Shown in pieces: positions 27,939 to 39,656 of a stretch of DNA of 64,000 bases. Position 1 is the stretch's first letter, and each line of letters opens with the position of its first letter. Both the position numbers and the translations under genes were made by a program. Below the pieces are notes generated by a model. It did no database searches and had not been told where the DNA came from. It was given only the letters and a program-made list of their open reading frames with translations. The stretch is from Pseudomonadota bacterium (GTDB lineage: Bacteria; Pseudomonadota; Alphaproteobacteria; Rickettsiales; RGZB01), in the NCBI GenBank assembly GCA_010031735.1, contig RGZB01000002.1, positions 2,580 through 66,579 of the forward strand, read 5' to 3'.

Positions 27939-28562
27939 TTAAGCTTGCGGTGGTTGCTGCGCGCGCTTGCGTTGCAGATAGAGTGCACCGAAATCGATCG
28001 GCTCCAGCATGAGCGGCGGGAAGCCGCCATCACGCGTTGCGCCCGCGATCACCTGACGTGCGAACGGGAAGAGCAGGTTCGGGCAATATACCAAGAGCGT
28101 TGCTTCCAGATCCTTCTGCGGGATATTCATCAGTGCGAACACGCCCGCATAGGTGAGATCAACGAGGAATGCGGTGCCTTCCGGCTGGCTCGCCTTGGCG
28201 ACCAGTTTGATCACGATCTCGAAGGTCGGATGGCCTTGTTGCGACTGGATCGGCTGTGCACGCAGATCCACGTTAATGTCCATTTTCGGTGAATTGCGCG
28301 AAGCGATGGTGCGCGGTGCATTCGGATTCTCGAAGGAAAGGTCCTTTACGTATTGTGCCAGGATGGAAACGCGGGGCAGGGCGGCGGCTTGCGGATCGCG
28401 CGGCGGGGTGGCGACGAACTTCGGTTGCGGAACCGGGGCGACCTTCGGTGCGGAAGGCTTTGAAGAGACCTTGGAAGGGGCTTTGGGAGCGGACTTCGCA
28501 GCAGGTTTCTTGTTACCTGACGAGGAGGATTTCGAGGATTTAGTGGGCTTTTTCTTCACCAT
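27939..28562 (-). CDS. secB: Protein-export chaperone SecB with a ~60-aa basic low-complexity N-terminal extension
   Basis: 207-aa ORF. The core ILAQYVKDLSFENPNAP...YCPNLLFPFARQVIAGATRDGGFPPLMLEPIDFGALY aligns with SecB. Residues 1-~60 (MVKKKPTKSSKSSSSGNKKPAAKSAPKAPSKVSSKPSAPKVAPVP...) are extra. Confidence 0.88.
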   Translation of the reverse strand: MVKKKPTKSSKSSSSGNKKPAAKSAPKAPSKVSSKPSAPKVAPVPQPKFVATPPRDPQAAALPRVSILAQYVKDLSFENPNAPRTIASRNSPKMDINVDLRAQPIQSQQGHPTFEIVIKLVAKASQPEGTAFLVDLTYAGVFALMNIPQKDLEATLLVYCPNLLFPFARQVIAGATRDGGFPPLMLEPIDFGALYLQRKRAQQPPQA

Positions 28563-28719
28563 GGTTGTATCCGGCTTTTGCTAAATTCATGTATGCCAGT
28601 AGCATAGCGTGCCGAAATCCAGATGCAACCGCCTCTTTTCCCTTTGCCTTTTTGGCGGACTTTCGCTATAAGGGGCACGCATATCCGGCTCCCAAGGAGC
28701 CATCTTTAGGAGATATGCC

Positions 28720-30159
28720 ATGTCGAAATCATCCAAGTCTTCCTCGAAATCCACCACGCCGAAATTCGCGCGCGCACTCACGTTCGATGACGTACTGTTG
28801 AAGCCGGCATATTCCGAAGTGCTCCCCGCGAGCGTGAAAACCGAGACCTACATCACCGATACGATCAAACTCGGCGTGCCGCTCATCTCAGCCGCGATGG
28901 ATACCAAAAATATGACACCGGAGCAACAGGCGGCGGAAGTACGGAAAGTCAAGAAATTCGAAAGCGGCATGGTCGTAGACCCGATCACCATCCGCCCGAA
29001 CGCGACGCTTGCAGAAGTGACGCGCCTGACGCGCGAACACAACATCTCCGGCATTCCCGTGACGGAAGCAAGCGGCAAGCTCGTTGGCATCATCACCAAC
29101 CGCGACGTGCGCTTTGCCTCCGACCCGAAACAGACGGTGCGTGAACTGATGACGAAAGACAAACTCGTCACCGTGAAAGAGAATGTCAGCCGCGAAGAAG
29201 CCAAGAAACTGCTCCATCACCACCGTATCGAGAAACTGCTGGTGGTGGACAATAAAGGCCGCTGCATCGGCCTCATCACCGTGAAGGACATCGAGAAATC
29301 GATCGCCTTCCCGCAGGCGGTGAAAGACGATAAAGGCAGGCTCCGCACGGCGGCGGCGGTGGGTACCGGTAAAGATGGTTTGAAGCGTGCAGAAGCGTTG
29401 ATCGATGCCGAAGTGGATATCGTGGTGGTGGATACGGCGCATGGCCATTCCAAGGGCGTGCTGGATGCAGTACGTGCGATCAAGCGTGCGTATCCGCATG
29501 TGCCGGTGATCGGCGGCAATATCGCAACGGCGGATGGCGCGAAAGCGCTGATCGATGCAGGCGCAGACGCGGTGAAGGTGGGCATCGGCCCGGGTTCGAT
29601 CTGCACCACGCGTATCGTGGCGGGTGTCGGCGTGCCGCAACTCTCCGCGATCATGGACGTGGCCACCGTGTGCCAGAAGAACAAAGTCAAACTGATCGCC
29701 GACGGTGGTATCAAATTCTCCGGCGACCTCGCAAAAGCGATCGCGGCCGGTGCAGACTGTGTGATGCTCGGCTCCCTCTTTGCCGGTACGAAAGAAAGTC
29801 CGGGCGAAGTGATCCTGTATCAGGGCCGTTCGTACAAATCCTACCGCGGCATGGGCTCGGTGGGCGCGATGGCGCGCGGCTCGGCGGATCGTTATTTCCA
29901 ACAGGAAATCAAAGACAACCTGAAACTCGTACCGGAAGGTGTCGAAGGCCGCGTGCCGTACAAAGGCTCGGTTTCGGGTGTGATCCACCAGCTGGTAGGC
30001 GGGCTTCGTGCTTCGATGGGGTATACCGGAAATGCGACACTTCCAGAAATGCAGCACGGTTGTGAATTCGTGCGCATCACTTCGGCGGGTCTCAGGGAAT
30101 CACACGCACATGACGTGACGATCACGAACGAAGCACCGAATTACCGAGTGCAGAGCTAG
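28720..30159 (+). CDS. guaB: IMP dehydrogenase (with CBS pair); carries an 11-aa K/S-rich N-terminal extension and lacks a conserved 20-aa segment
   Basis: 479-aa [21 protein letters not shown], the CBS region, [19 protein letters not shown] (catalytic Cys loop), GGIKFSGD and YRGMGS are all present. After SAAMDT the sequence jumps straight to [21 protein letters not shown] (see finding). Confidence 0.9.
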   Translation: MSKSSKSSSKSTTPKFARALTFDDVLLKPAYSEVLPASVKTETYITDTIKLGVPLISAAMDTKNMTPEQQAAEVRKVKKFESGMVVDPITIRPNATLAEVTRLTREHNISGIPVTEASGKLVGIITNRDVRFASDPKQTVRELMTKDKLVTVKENVSREEAKKLLHHHRIEKLLVVDNKGRCIGLITVKDIEKSIAFPQAVKDDKGRLRTAAAVGTGKDGLKRAEALIDAEVDIVVVDTAHGHSKGVLDAVRAIKRAYPHVPVIGGNIATADGAKALIDAGADAVKVGIGPGSICTTRIVAGVGVPQLSAIMDVATVCQKNKVKLIADGGIKFSGDLAKAIAAGADCVMLGSLFAGTKESPGEVILYQGRSYKSYRGMGSVGAMARGSADRYFQQEIKDNLKLVPEGVEGRVPYKGSVSGVIHQLVGGLRASMGYTGNATLPEMQHGCEFVRITSAGLRESHAHDVTITNEAPNYRVQS

Positions 30160-30421
30160 GTTTTTAAGGCTTAAATCTATTTGACAAGGCCCATAGGTGC
30201 TGGTAGGAAAGCCTTGTCAGGCCGGTTTCGCCTGAATCTTAAGACCTCGTTCAAGCAGGTTCTGATTTCCCTCCCTCGTTCGTAGTACGATCTGAATACA
30301 CACACGCGGGGCAAGGTTTCACAAACGCTTGTACGGCAAGTCACAAATACCCGCCTTTCTTTCTCGAAAGCACCTAAGCGGGCCCATTCCCAACCCTTAT
30401 CTAAAGGCTTTAGTTTTTTAT

Positions 30422-32050
<1,629 letters not shown>

Positions 32051-32100
32051 CTATTACCGGCACACTGGGTACACCCGTCGTGCTTAGCTAAAAACTCGAT

Positions 32101-32134
32101 AAAAAACCCGGCTGGTTAAACCAGCCGGGTTTTT
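32101..32134. terminator. Bidirectional rho-independent terminator between rho and the RTX gene
   Basis: AAAAAA-CCCGGCTGG-TTAAA-CCAGCCGGG-TTTTT. It is a perfect 9-bp stem flanked by an A-tract and a T-tract, between two convergent genes. Confidence 0.8.
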
Positions 32135-32153
32135 GTTGTGTTTGGAGTATGGT

Positions 32154-33866
32154 TTAGAACATCGCCGTAGAAAGGGCGGTGCCGAAATCTGCATGGCCGC
32201 TATCCATACCGATGGTAGTAATCGTCCCTGCATCTGCCACAAGCGTGGTGTTATTCGGGAGCGAACCCACGGCTTTTATTACCTGACTCATATCGACGAA
32301 CTTCATGTTGTTCTCTAAGTGGAAGGTCGCGATCGAATCTGCATCAAGCGTAATATCTTTTGCTGTCAGGTTGATATTGCCTTTCAGCAGGATGTCGATA
32401 TCCGAGGCTTTATCACCTCTTAGATCGGCCCTGACCACGGTGTAGTCATCTCCGTTGATCTTGATGTGCGTAAAGCCCACCTGAGCGACCTTATTGCCCG
32501 CTGTATCCATCAGGTTGTTTTTGAAACCTTCGTTGCCAAGCTCACCCACAAAGGTAACCTGCGTTGCACCGCCGCGGATGGGGTCGCAGAAGGTAAGTTT
32601 ATCGGTAGTGAGCGTGATGAGAGGATCGTTGCTGCCACGGAAATCGGTGATGACATCCAGCTTATCGAGCAAGCCTACATTTATGTTCTTCGCGTTGGTG
32701 AGATCTACCGTGCTACCATCAACCTTAGCAAAGTCGAAAATATCGCGGCCTGCGCCACCTGAGAGTAAATCTGCGCCAGCACCACCCACAATGTAATCGT
32801 TACCGCCACCACCGCTGAGCGTATCGCGGGCATTCGGGGAGTTGTAGGGGTCATCGCTGCCACCCATCAAGATGTCAGAGCCATCGCTGCCGACCAGTGA
32901 GTCGTTGCCTACGCCGCCATCGAGATAGTTACCCGAACCAGGCGCTTTAGAGGCTGCGATGATGGTGTCATTACCGGCATCACCGTAGAGAATATCAAAG
33001 TCTTTATCCGTGTTGTCGCCACCTAGGCCGTTAATGAGGTCGTTACCGTCACCACCATGGACGCTATCGGTGCCGAGACCGCCATTGATCGTATCGTTTC
33101 CTGTGCCGCCATCGAGTGAGTCGCGACCTTCGCCGCCGTCGATGAAGTCGTTGCCCGCATCGCCGGTGATCGTATCGAAATCCGCACCGCCGAAAAGGAA
33201 GATATCATCGCCGTCGCCGCCCTGGATGATGTCTTTACCTGCGCCGCCGGTGATATAATCCGCACCTTCGTCACCGTAAATGGTGTCATTGCCTGCACCG
33301 CCTGCTAAGCGGTCGGTTCCTTCGCCGCCTGCGATATTATCGTTACCATTGCCGCCATCGATATCGTCGTTACCGACGCCGCCGTTAAGGACGTCATCAC
33401 CATCCTCGCCGTAGATCGTATCTTTACCCGAACCGCCGAAGATGGTGTCGTTACCCGCACCGCCATGGAGCTCGTCGCTGCCATAGCCACCATAAATGAG
33501 GTCATTGCCGTCGCCACCGAAGATGCTATCGTCACCATCGCCACCATTCAGCGTATCGTCGCCCCCTAGGCCGGTGATCAGATCGTCGCCCGTGCCGCCG
33601 GTGATGGAGTCGTTACCTTCCGTACCGGTCAATACATAGCCTACCCCCAGTTTTGCATCCGCAGGTACCGTGAGGGTGATGCCACTTGTAGCGGTGGTAG
33701 GGCTTAGTACGTTACCCGGAACGACCGGCGCTACCGTTAATAATGGATCCGATGTGAAGGCTCCCATTACGGTATCGGCTGCTATGGGCGCCGAAAATGC
33801 TACCGGACCCACGGTATCCATGGTTATAGATGCGACAATCGAATCGTTGGTAAATGTATTTTGCAT
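32154..33866 (-). CDS. RTX (repeats-in-toxin) calcium-binding protein, probable T1SS substrate
   Basis: The ORF runs to 33902. I prefer the ATG at 33866 because GGGGAG lies 6 nt upstream. It has roughly 30 tandem GGxGxDxUx nonapeptides (GGTGDDLITGLGGDDTLNGGDGDDSIFGGDGNDLIYGG...). There is no N-terminal signal peptide, and the C-terminus is acidic and hydrophobic. Confidence 0.87.
   Translation of the reverse strand: MQNTFTNDSIVASITMDTVGPVAFSAPIAADTVMGAFTSDPLLTVAPVVPGNVLSPTTATSGITLTVPADAKLGVGYVLTGTEGNDSITGGTGDDLITGLGGDDTLNGGDGDDSIFGGDGNDLIYGGYGSDELHGGAGNDTIFGGSGKDTIYGEDGDDVLNGGVGNDDIDGGNGNDNIAGGEGTDRLAGGAGNDTIYGDEGADYITGGAGKDIIQGGDGDDIFLFGGADFDTITGDAGNDFIDGGEGRDSLDGGTGNDTINGGLGTDSVHGGDGNDLINGLGGDNTDKDFDILYGDAGNDTIIAASKAPGSGNYLDGGVGNDSLVGSDGSDILMGGSDDPYNSPNARDTLSGGGGNDYIVGGAGADLLSGGAGRDIFDFAKVDGSTVDLTNAKNINVGLLDKLDVITDFRGSNDPLITLTTDKLTFCDPIRGGATQVTFVGELGNEGFKNNLMDTAGNKVAQVGFTHIKINGDDYTVVRADLRGDKASDIDILLKGNINLTAKDITLDADSIATFHLENNMKFVDMSQVIKAVGSLPNNTTLVADAGTITTIGMDSGHADFGTALSTAMF
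32738..33627 (-). repeat. Tandem RTX nonapeptide-coding repeat region
   Basis: 27-nt periodic coding repeats encode GGxGxDxxx. They run from GTEGNDSITGGTGDD (about 33627) to GGAGRDIFDF (about 32738). Boundaries are approximate. Confidence 0.7.
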
Positions 33867-33910
33867 GGTATTCTCCCCTATTTCCTGCCTAGAGGCTAAC
33901 ACATGGCTGC

Positions 33911-33925
33911 TTAATAAGTCGTTAA
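33911..33925. promoter_or_regulatory. Perfect TTAA-N7-TTAA (CtrA-type) box
   Basis: TTAATAAGTCGTTAA, in the AT-rich divergent RTX/MCP intergenic region. It is 44 nt upstream of the RTX ATG (33866) and 193 nt upstream of the MCP start. Confidence 0.55.
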
Positions 33926-34118
33926 TTTATTAATAATCGTCTAAAATTTGAAATAAATTACTAATATCAGCTGTTTCCTAACCTAGCGCATTATGCATGT
34001 GGCTTTTTATGCACGGCTGTGGACGATTTATCTTAACCACATAAAAAAGAAGGGTTTTAAATTTTGTAGCCTATCGGATTGATGATAGCATCATCCTATC
34101 CATATCTAAGATCATGGG

Positions 34119-36224
34119 GTGAGCAGTATGATCAACAATATTAAAATCCGCTACCGTATGACCGCTATGGTCATCCCCTTCCTTGTCCCTGTCTTCTACC
34201 TGCTCTACAGTGTCGTCGCTGCCATCAATGCGAATATCGCTTTCACCGATGCAGAACTGATCGGCAACCGCTTTGAACGCCCGCTGATGCAGATGCTGGT
34301 CGATGTCACGGAATACCGTGACCTTATCCAGCGCGAATCGCTCGGCGACCATGCCGCAACGACACAAAAAGCGGAACTACAAAAGACGATCGATACCAAT
34401 ATGCAAACGCTCGGGGCGCTTTATACCGAACTGACGCCTGATTTGAAACTCGATGCCGACAATCTCGCAAAACGTAACCGCTCGAACCTGGAATGGCAGA
34501 AAGTGGCGGCGGTATGGGAAGCCGAAAAAGCCTCGAAAGCCTCGGATGCCGATAGCCCGGCAAGCCAGATGATCGCCAATATCCGCGGCCTCATCGGCCA
34601 TATGGGCGATACGTCGAACCTGATCCTGGATCCGGACCTCGATACCTACTACACGATGGATGCCACGCTCCTCGCACTCCCGCAGACGATCGGCCGTATC
34701 GCCGATATCGTGAATTACACCTATCCGAAATTGAGCGATACCAGCAAACTGGGCGCAAACGAGCGCCGCGAAATACTGATCTACAGCCGCGTGCTCAAGG
34801 AATTCGACCGCGACCGTACGGTCGCGAGTCTGGAGACCGCGCTCAATGAAGACCCGAACTTCTACGGCGTCAGCCCGACCTTCAAGGCGAAAGTGACACC
34901 GGCCAAAGAACGGTATGCGGCGGCGAACCAAAAGCTGATCGATGCCTTGGCAGCACTCGGCACGGAAGGGAGCTACTTGGGCTCCAAAGAATTCCTCGCC
35001 ATCGCAGCAGAGGCGAAAAAAGCCTCAGAGGATATGTTCACCACCGCGATCGATGAAATGGATATCATGCTGAAAACGCGCAACGATAAATACTACAGCG
35101 ACCAGTACCAGGTAGAGGCGGGTGCCGCGATCATCCTGCTGCTTGCTGCCGTATTCTGTATGGTTGTTACCCGCGGCATTACCCGCCCGCTGCACGGGCT
35201 CAAGTCGGTGATGGGCAACATCGCCGAAGGGAAACTCGAAACGCAAGTGCCGTCGCTCGATCAGAAAGACGAGATCGGCGAGATGGCGCAGGCCACCGAA
35301 CATCTGCGTAAAACCTCGCTACAGGCGCGCGAACTCGAAGCCGCGCAGCGCAGGGAAGAAGCGAAGAAAGGCGAACGCCAACGCAAGATCGATGAACTGA
35401 TCAAACAATTCGAAGCGCGTGCGATGGCGGCGACCAGTTCGGTTACGAATTCTTCGCGCCAACTGTGCTCGACCGCGCAATTCATGGCGCAGATCGTGAC
35501 GGATGCGAATAAAAAATCGACCACGATCGAAAAATCCTCTGCGAGCACGTCGGGTAACGTCGAAAGCGTCGCGGCGGCAGCAGAAGAGCTATCGGTTTCC
35601 GTGCAGGAGATCTCCGAACAGATCGGCAATTCCAGCAAAATCGTCGAGGAGACCGTGAGTAAAATGGCGGTGGCCGATAAAGCATCCTCGGCGCTTGCAA
35701 ACTCGGCACAATCGATCAATACCGTCGTGCAACTGATCGAAGAGATCGCAGGCCAGATCAATCTGCTTGCCCTCAACGCGACCATCGAATCGGCGCGCGC
35801 GGGTGAGGCTGGCAAAGGCTTCGCGGTGGTGGCAAGCGAAGTGAAGAACCTCGCACAACAAACGACCAAGGCAACCGAAGAAATTTCTGAGCAGATCGCA
35901 ACGCTACAGAGCATTTCAGGCGATGTGGTGGGTGCGCTTAACACGATCCGCGATTCCATCAATTCCGTGAGCCAATTCAGCGGCGGCATCGCCTCCGCGG
36001 TGGAAGAGCAGACGGCCGTCACCCGCGAGATCTCGAATAATATGGCCGGTGCTTCGAAAAGCGTCACCGAGATCAACAAGGACATCCGTGCCGTGACACA
36101 GGCATCCGATGATGCACGCATGTCGACGGACGAAGTGCTGGAATCGGCGAATGCCATGGCCAAACAGGCAGAAGTGCTGAACGAAGAGATCCGTGCCTTC
36201 TTGCAGGGTATCAACGCCGCCTAA
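34119..36224 (+). CDS. Methyl-accepting chemotaxis protein
   Basis: 701-aa ORF (GTG at 34119, alternative ATG at 34128). It has two TM segments around a ~300-aa periplasmic domain, a HAMP region, and a highly conserved signalling hairpin QINLLALNATIESARAGEAGKGFAVVASEVKNLAQQT. Confidence 0.92.
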   Translation: MSSMINNIKIRYRMTAMVIPFLVPVFYLLYSVVAAINANIAFTDAELIGNRFERPLMQMLVDVTEYRDLIQRESLGDHAATTQKAELQKTIDTNMQTLGALYTELTPDLKLDADNLAKRNRSNLEWQKVAAVWEAEKASKASDADSPASQMIANIRGLIGHMGDTSNLILDPDLDTYYTMDATLLALPQTIGRIADIVNYTYPKLSDTSKLGANERREILIYSRVLKEFDRDRTVASLETALNEDPNFYGVSPTFKAKVTPAKERYAAANQKLIDALAALGTEGSYLGSKEFLAIAAEAKKASEDMFTTAIDEMDIMLKTRNDKYYSDQYQVEAGAAIILLLAAVFCMVVTRGITRPLHGLKSVMGNIAEGKLETQVPSLDQKDEIGEMAQATEHLRKTSLQARELEAAQRREEAKKGERQRKIDELIKQFEARAMAATSSVTNSSRQLCSTAQFMAQIVTDANKKSTTIEKSSASTSGNVESVAAAAEELSVSVQEISEQIGNSSKIVEETVSKMAVADKASSALANSAQSINTVVQLIEEIAGQINLLALNATIESARAGEAGKGFAVVASEVKNLAQQTTKATEEISEQIATLQSISGDVVGALNTIRDSINSVSQFSGGIASAVEEQTAVTREISNNMAGASKSVTEINKDIRAVTQASDDARMSTDEVLESANAMAKQAEVLNEEIRAFLQGINAA

Positions 36225-36247
36225 CCTTTCAAACTAACACTTTCGCA

Positions 36248-36262
36248 TTAACGTTTTGTTAA
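36248..36262. promoter_or_regulatory. Perfect TTAA-N7-TTAA (CtrA-type) box
   Basis: TTAACGTTTTGTTAA(C). It lies 37 nt upstream of the GTG at 36300. TAGTAT is at 36274-36279 and AAGAGGAG at 36285. Confidence 0.6.
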
Positions 36263-36299
36263 CGCACTATCTTTAGTATGAAAATAAGAGGAGCAGTGT

Positions 36300-37985
36300 G
36301 TGGCAAAGAAAAGACGTGAAGACCATCTAGATACCGCAGATTTTTGGGGTCAGGTTCGACAACAATTTGATGGCGTGATCGCATTCAAGGCGGAAGAGGG
36401 CGACGCGATGATGTTGTTCTTCCCGGGCAATGAGCTGCACCGATCCTCTAAAGACCATCGGAACATGGCGCTTCGGAAGCTCGAGACCATCAAGGGCAGG
36501 CGTCTGCGCACCGAAACCATCCAGAACGACGAAGAAGCCGACGACCAGCCGCTACGAACTCAGGAGATGGGCGATTTCGATATCGAAGATTTCACCCTCA
36601 ACCCCGATCTGACGATCGAGCTGCAACTCGGTAACCGCGCAGGCAGTTTGAATATCATTTACGGCGTGCAAATCGGGAGTGAGCTGCCCGACAAGCAGGC
36701 GACCGCCACGCTGCTCGATTTTATGCACCGCAGGGGTATCGAAATAGAAGCGATCATCGCGAATCCGTTCGAGATCGAGACGATACGGGAAGTGATGCAG
36801 GAATATATGGAATTCCGCCGCAGCGGTGGTGTCGATTTCGAGATGCCGCAGCGTATTGATGTGGTGGAAGAAGAAGTTTCTGGCGGCGCAGCGCGACGCA
36901 CACGCCGCAGAAAGCGTTCTGCAAAAGAAGAATCAGGTTACCCAGAGCTTGGACAGATCGCAGAGGATGTCGAATCCCGTGCGTTCATCGCGCATCTGCC
37001 AGAAGAATATGGAGGCACATCGCTTTTCCTGCCGGTCGGCAAACGCAGCGACGATCAGATCGACAAAGCGGCCTATGACATTCTGGGACACGCACTTGGG
37101 ATGCGTATGTCACACCACCCCGGCACACCGAAAGGCTGGGACGATGCCGATGTTTTCCCGTGCCTCAATGAATACGACCCGCTGGTGGAAGGCTACCGCC
37201 AGTATCCCGTGACGGGCCCCGTGAAACAAGGGGTGAGTTCACTCATTGAACTCTACAATATCCGCCTTGCGGGCAAGGTAACGGATGATGACGGCTCGCT
37301 CCGTATGTCGCTACTGGAGCGCGAGGGCCGCATGGTGCGGTCATTGCGAAAACCACCCGCGACCGATGCCGGAGAGATACCTCCGGATGCAAAACCACCG
37401 GTCTCTTCTGCACAGCGCGTGCATACGAACGGGAAACATACGCTGAGTCACGCACCGGATCCGAACCGCCTTTCATTCAGCGAAGCGCTTAAGAACCCCG
37501 ATCTCTATAAAAGAGATGAGATCGAAGATACCTACCTGCGTCGGGTGCGTAAGCGGGCTTTCATCGTGCGCCTGCCCCTCGAACAAGGCGGGCTTTCGGT
37601 GTTCTTCCCTGCAGATCTCGAAAGCGTTGCGCGCGATGTGCTTGCTTTCGCCTGGGGTTTACCGGATAGGGAAGGGCTGAAGAAAATCCACGAACATCCA
37701 CCGCTCATGAGCGGTTTCATCCAGTTCCCGGTGCAGGCAACGAACAGAGAGATCGAACAACAGCTGGCAGACAGCCATCACTCCTTCAATCCGCTCGGCC
37801 CTACGGAGACGATCCGCCGCAAAATGCAGTCACGCCACGATATCGAACAGGCGATGATTCTGTCGCTCGGGACACACTATGACATACGGTTGCTGGCGGA
37901 TGGTGCAGAGGTGCCGATCAACGAGCTGAAAAGGGTTGAGCGTGAGACGCCCGTAATCCAGGGACCGGATCCGCGCCGCAGGTAG
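36300..37985 (+). CDS. Hypothetical protein (ORFan) with an internally repeated domain
   Basis: 561-aa ORF with a GTG start 7 nt after AAGAGGAG. The internal repeat is SRAFIAHLPEEYGGTSLFLPVG...YRQYPV...YNIRL (36975-37270) versus KRAFIVRLPLEQGGLSVFFPAD...FIQFPV...YDIRL (37551-37895). A related N-terminal strand is VIAFKAEEGDAMMLFFPGNE. Confidence 0.65.
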   Translation: MAKKRREDHLDTADFWGQVRQQFDGVIAFKAEEGDAMMLFFPGNELHRSSKDHRNMALRKLETIKGRRLRTETIQNDEEADDQPLRTQEMGDFDIEDFTLNPDLTIELQLGNRAGSLNIIYGVQIGSELPDKQATATLLDFMHRRGIEIEAIIANPFEIETIREVMQEYMEFRRSGGVDFEMPQRIDVVEEEVSGGAARRTRRRKRSAKEESGYPELGQIAEDVESRAFIAHLPEEYGGTSLFLPVGKRSDDQIDKAAYDILGHALGMRMSHHPGTPKGWDDADVFPCLNEYDPLVEGYRQYPVTGPVKQGVSSLIELYNIRLAGKVTDDDGSLRMSLLEREGRMVRSLRKPPATDAGEIPPDAKPPVSSAQRVHTNGKHTLSHAPDPNRLSFSEALKNPDLYKRDEIEDTYLRRVRKRAFIVRLPLEQGGLSVFFPADLESVARDVLAFAWGLPDREGLKKIHEHPPLMSGFIQFPVQATNREIEQQLADSHHSFNPLGPTETIRRKMQSRHDIEQAMILSLGTHYDIRLLADGAEVPINELKRVERETPVIQGPDPRRR

Positions 37986-38076
37986 TGTGGCGTTGCTGCA
38001 CATCTTACCGGCCGCCACCCCACCCACACATAAAAATCATTTCACAAGCCCGTGGAAGGGTCTATAACTTCCCTAG

Positions 38077-39048
<972 letters not shown>

Positions 39049-39072
39049 GCACAAAACCATGCACAAACAAAA

Positions 39073-39104
39073 ACACCCACCGCAGCGGCGGTGGGTGTTT
39101 TGTG
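39073..39104 (+). terminator. Rho-independent terminator after mdh
   Basis: ACACCCACCGC-AGCG-GCGGTGGGTGT followed by TTTGTGTTG. It lies 25 nt after the mdh stop. Confidence 0.78.
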
Positions 39105-39205
39105 TTGTTACGGACGTTTGCAGGCATGTAACAGATGGTAGCACGTGTGTAACAAAGACACGGGCATCGATCTGTCAGTGACCCCTGCATTCATCCTGGT
39201 GTTGG

Positions 39206-39403
39206 TTACTTGCTCTTGGTGTTCGTGGTGGGAGTGGTGGGCAGGTCCGCGATCGGCGGGGCCTCCACTTTCACCTTCGGAACGAGCGCATTCCAGACTG
39301 CCGGTCCGACCTCGACACCTTTCCAGATGGCGAGGCTGAGGATTACCAGCAGCCCGATCAGCGTGCACGTCCCTTTGAACACGTCGAGGACTTTCTGGGT
39401 CAT
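39206..39403 (-). CDS. Small hypothetical membrane protein (65 aa)
   Basis: The ATG at 39403 is preceded by GAGGG at 6 nt. It has one TM (CTLIGLLVILSLAIW) and a Pro/Thr-rich tail. Support is weak because it is short. Confidence 0.4.
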   Translation of the reverse strand: MTQKVLDVFKGTCTLIGLLVILSLAIWKGVEVGPAVWNALVPKVKVEAPPIADLPTTPTTNTKSK

Positions 39404-39656
39404 GTGTAGCCCTCACGGTTAGGGGAGTGATTCCGTTCACTGTGTGGGCTGTCCTAGGACGGGTATACACGAAAGTCTTTTGGTCTCCGCTGAAACCTTA
39501 GACTGTAAACTGGCAAATACTCTAACTCTGCATAGCTATGTTGACCCTTACACTATAGCGTAGGAATGTTACAAACGCGTGAAGCTTTTGCCGCATGCGC
39601 AATTTATAATATATTGTAATATAAGAGAAAATACGCGACCTGCGGTGCTTTTTATG

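Noticed and set aside
32738-33627. Highly periodic DNA repeats (could be mistaken for a tandem-repeat or CRISPR-like array)
   Set aside because: The period is 27 nt and in-frame, encoding GGxGxDxxx RTX nonapeptides within one long ORF. There is no spacer-repeat architecture.
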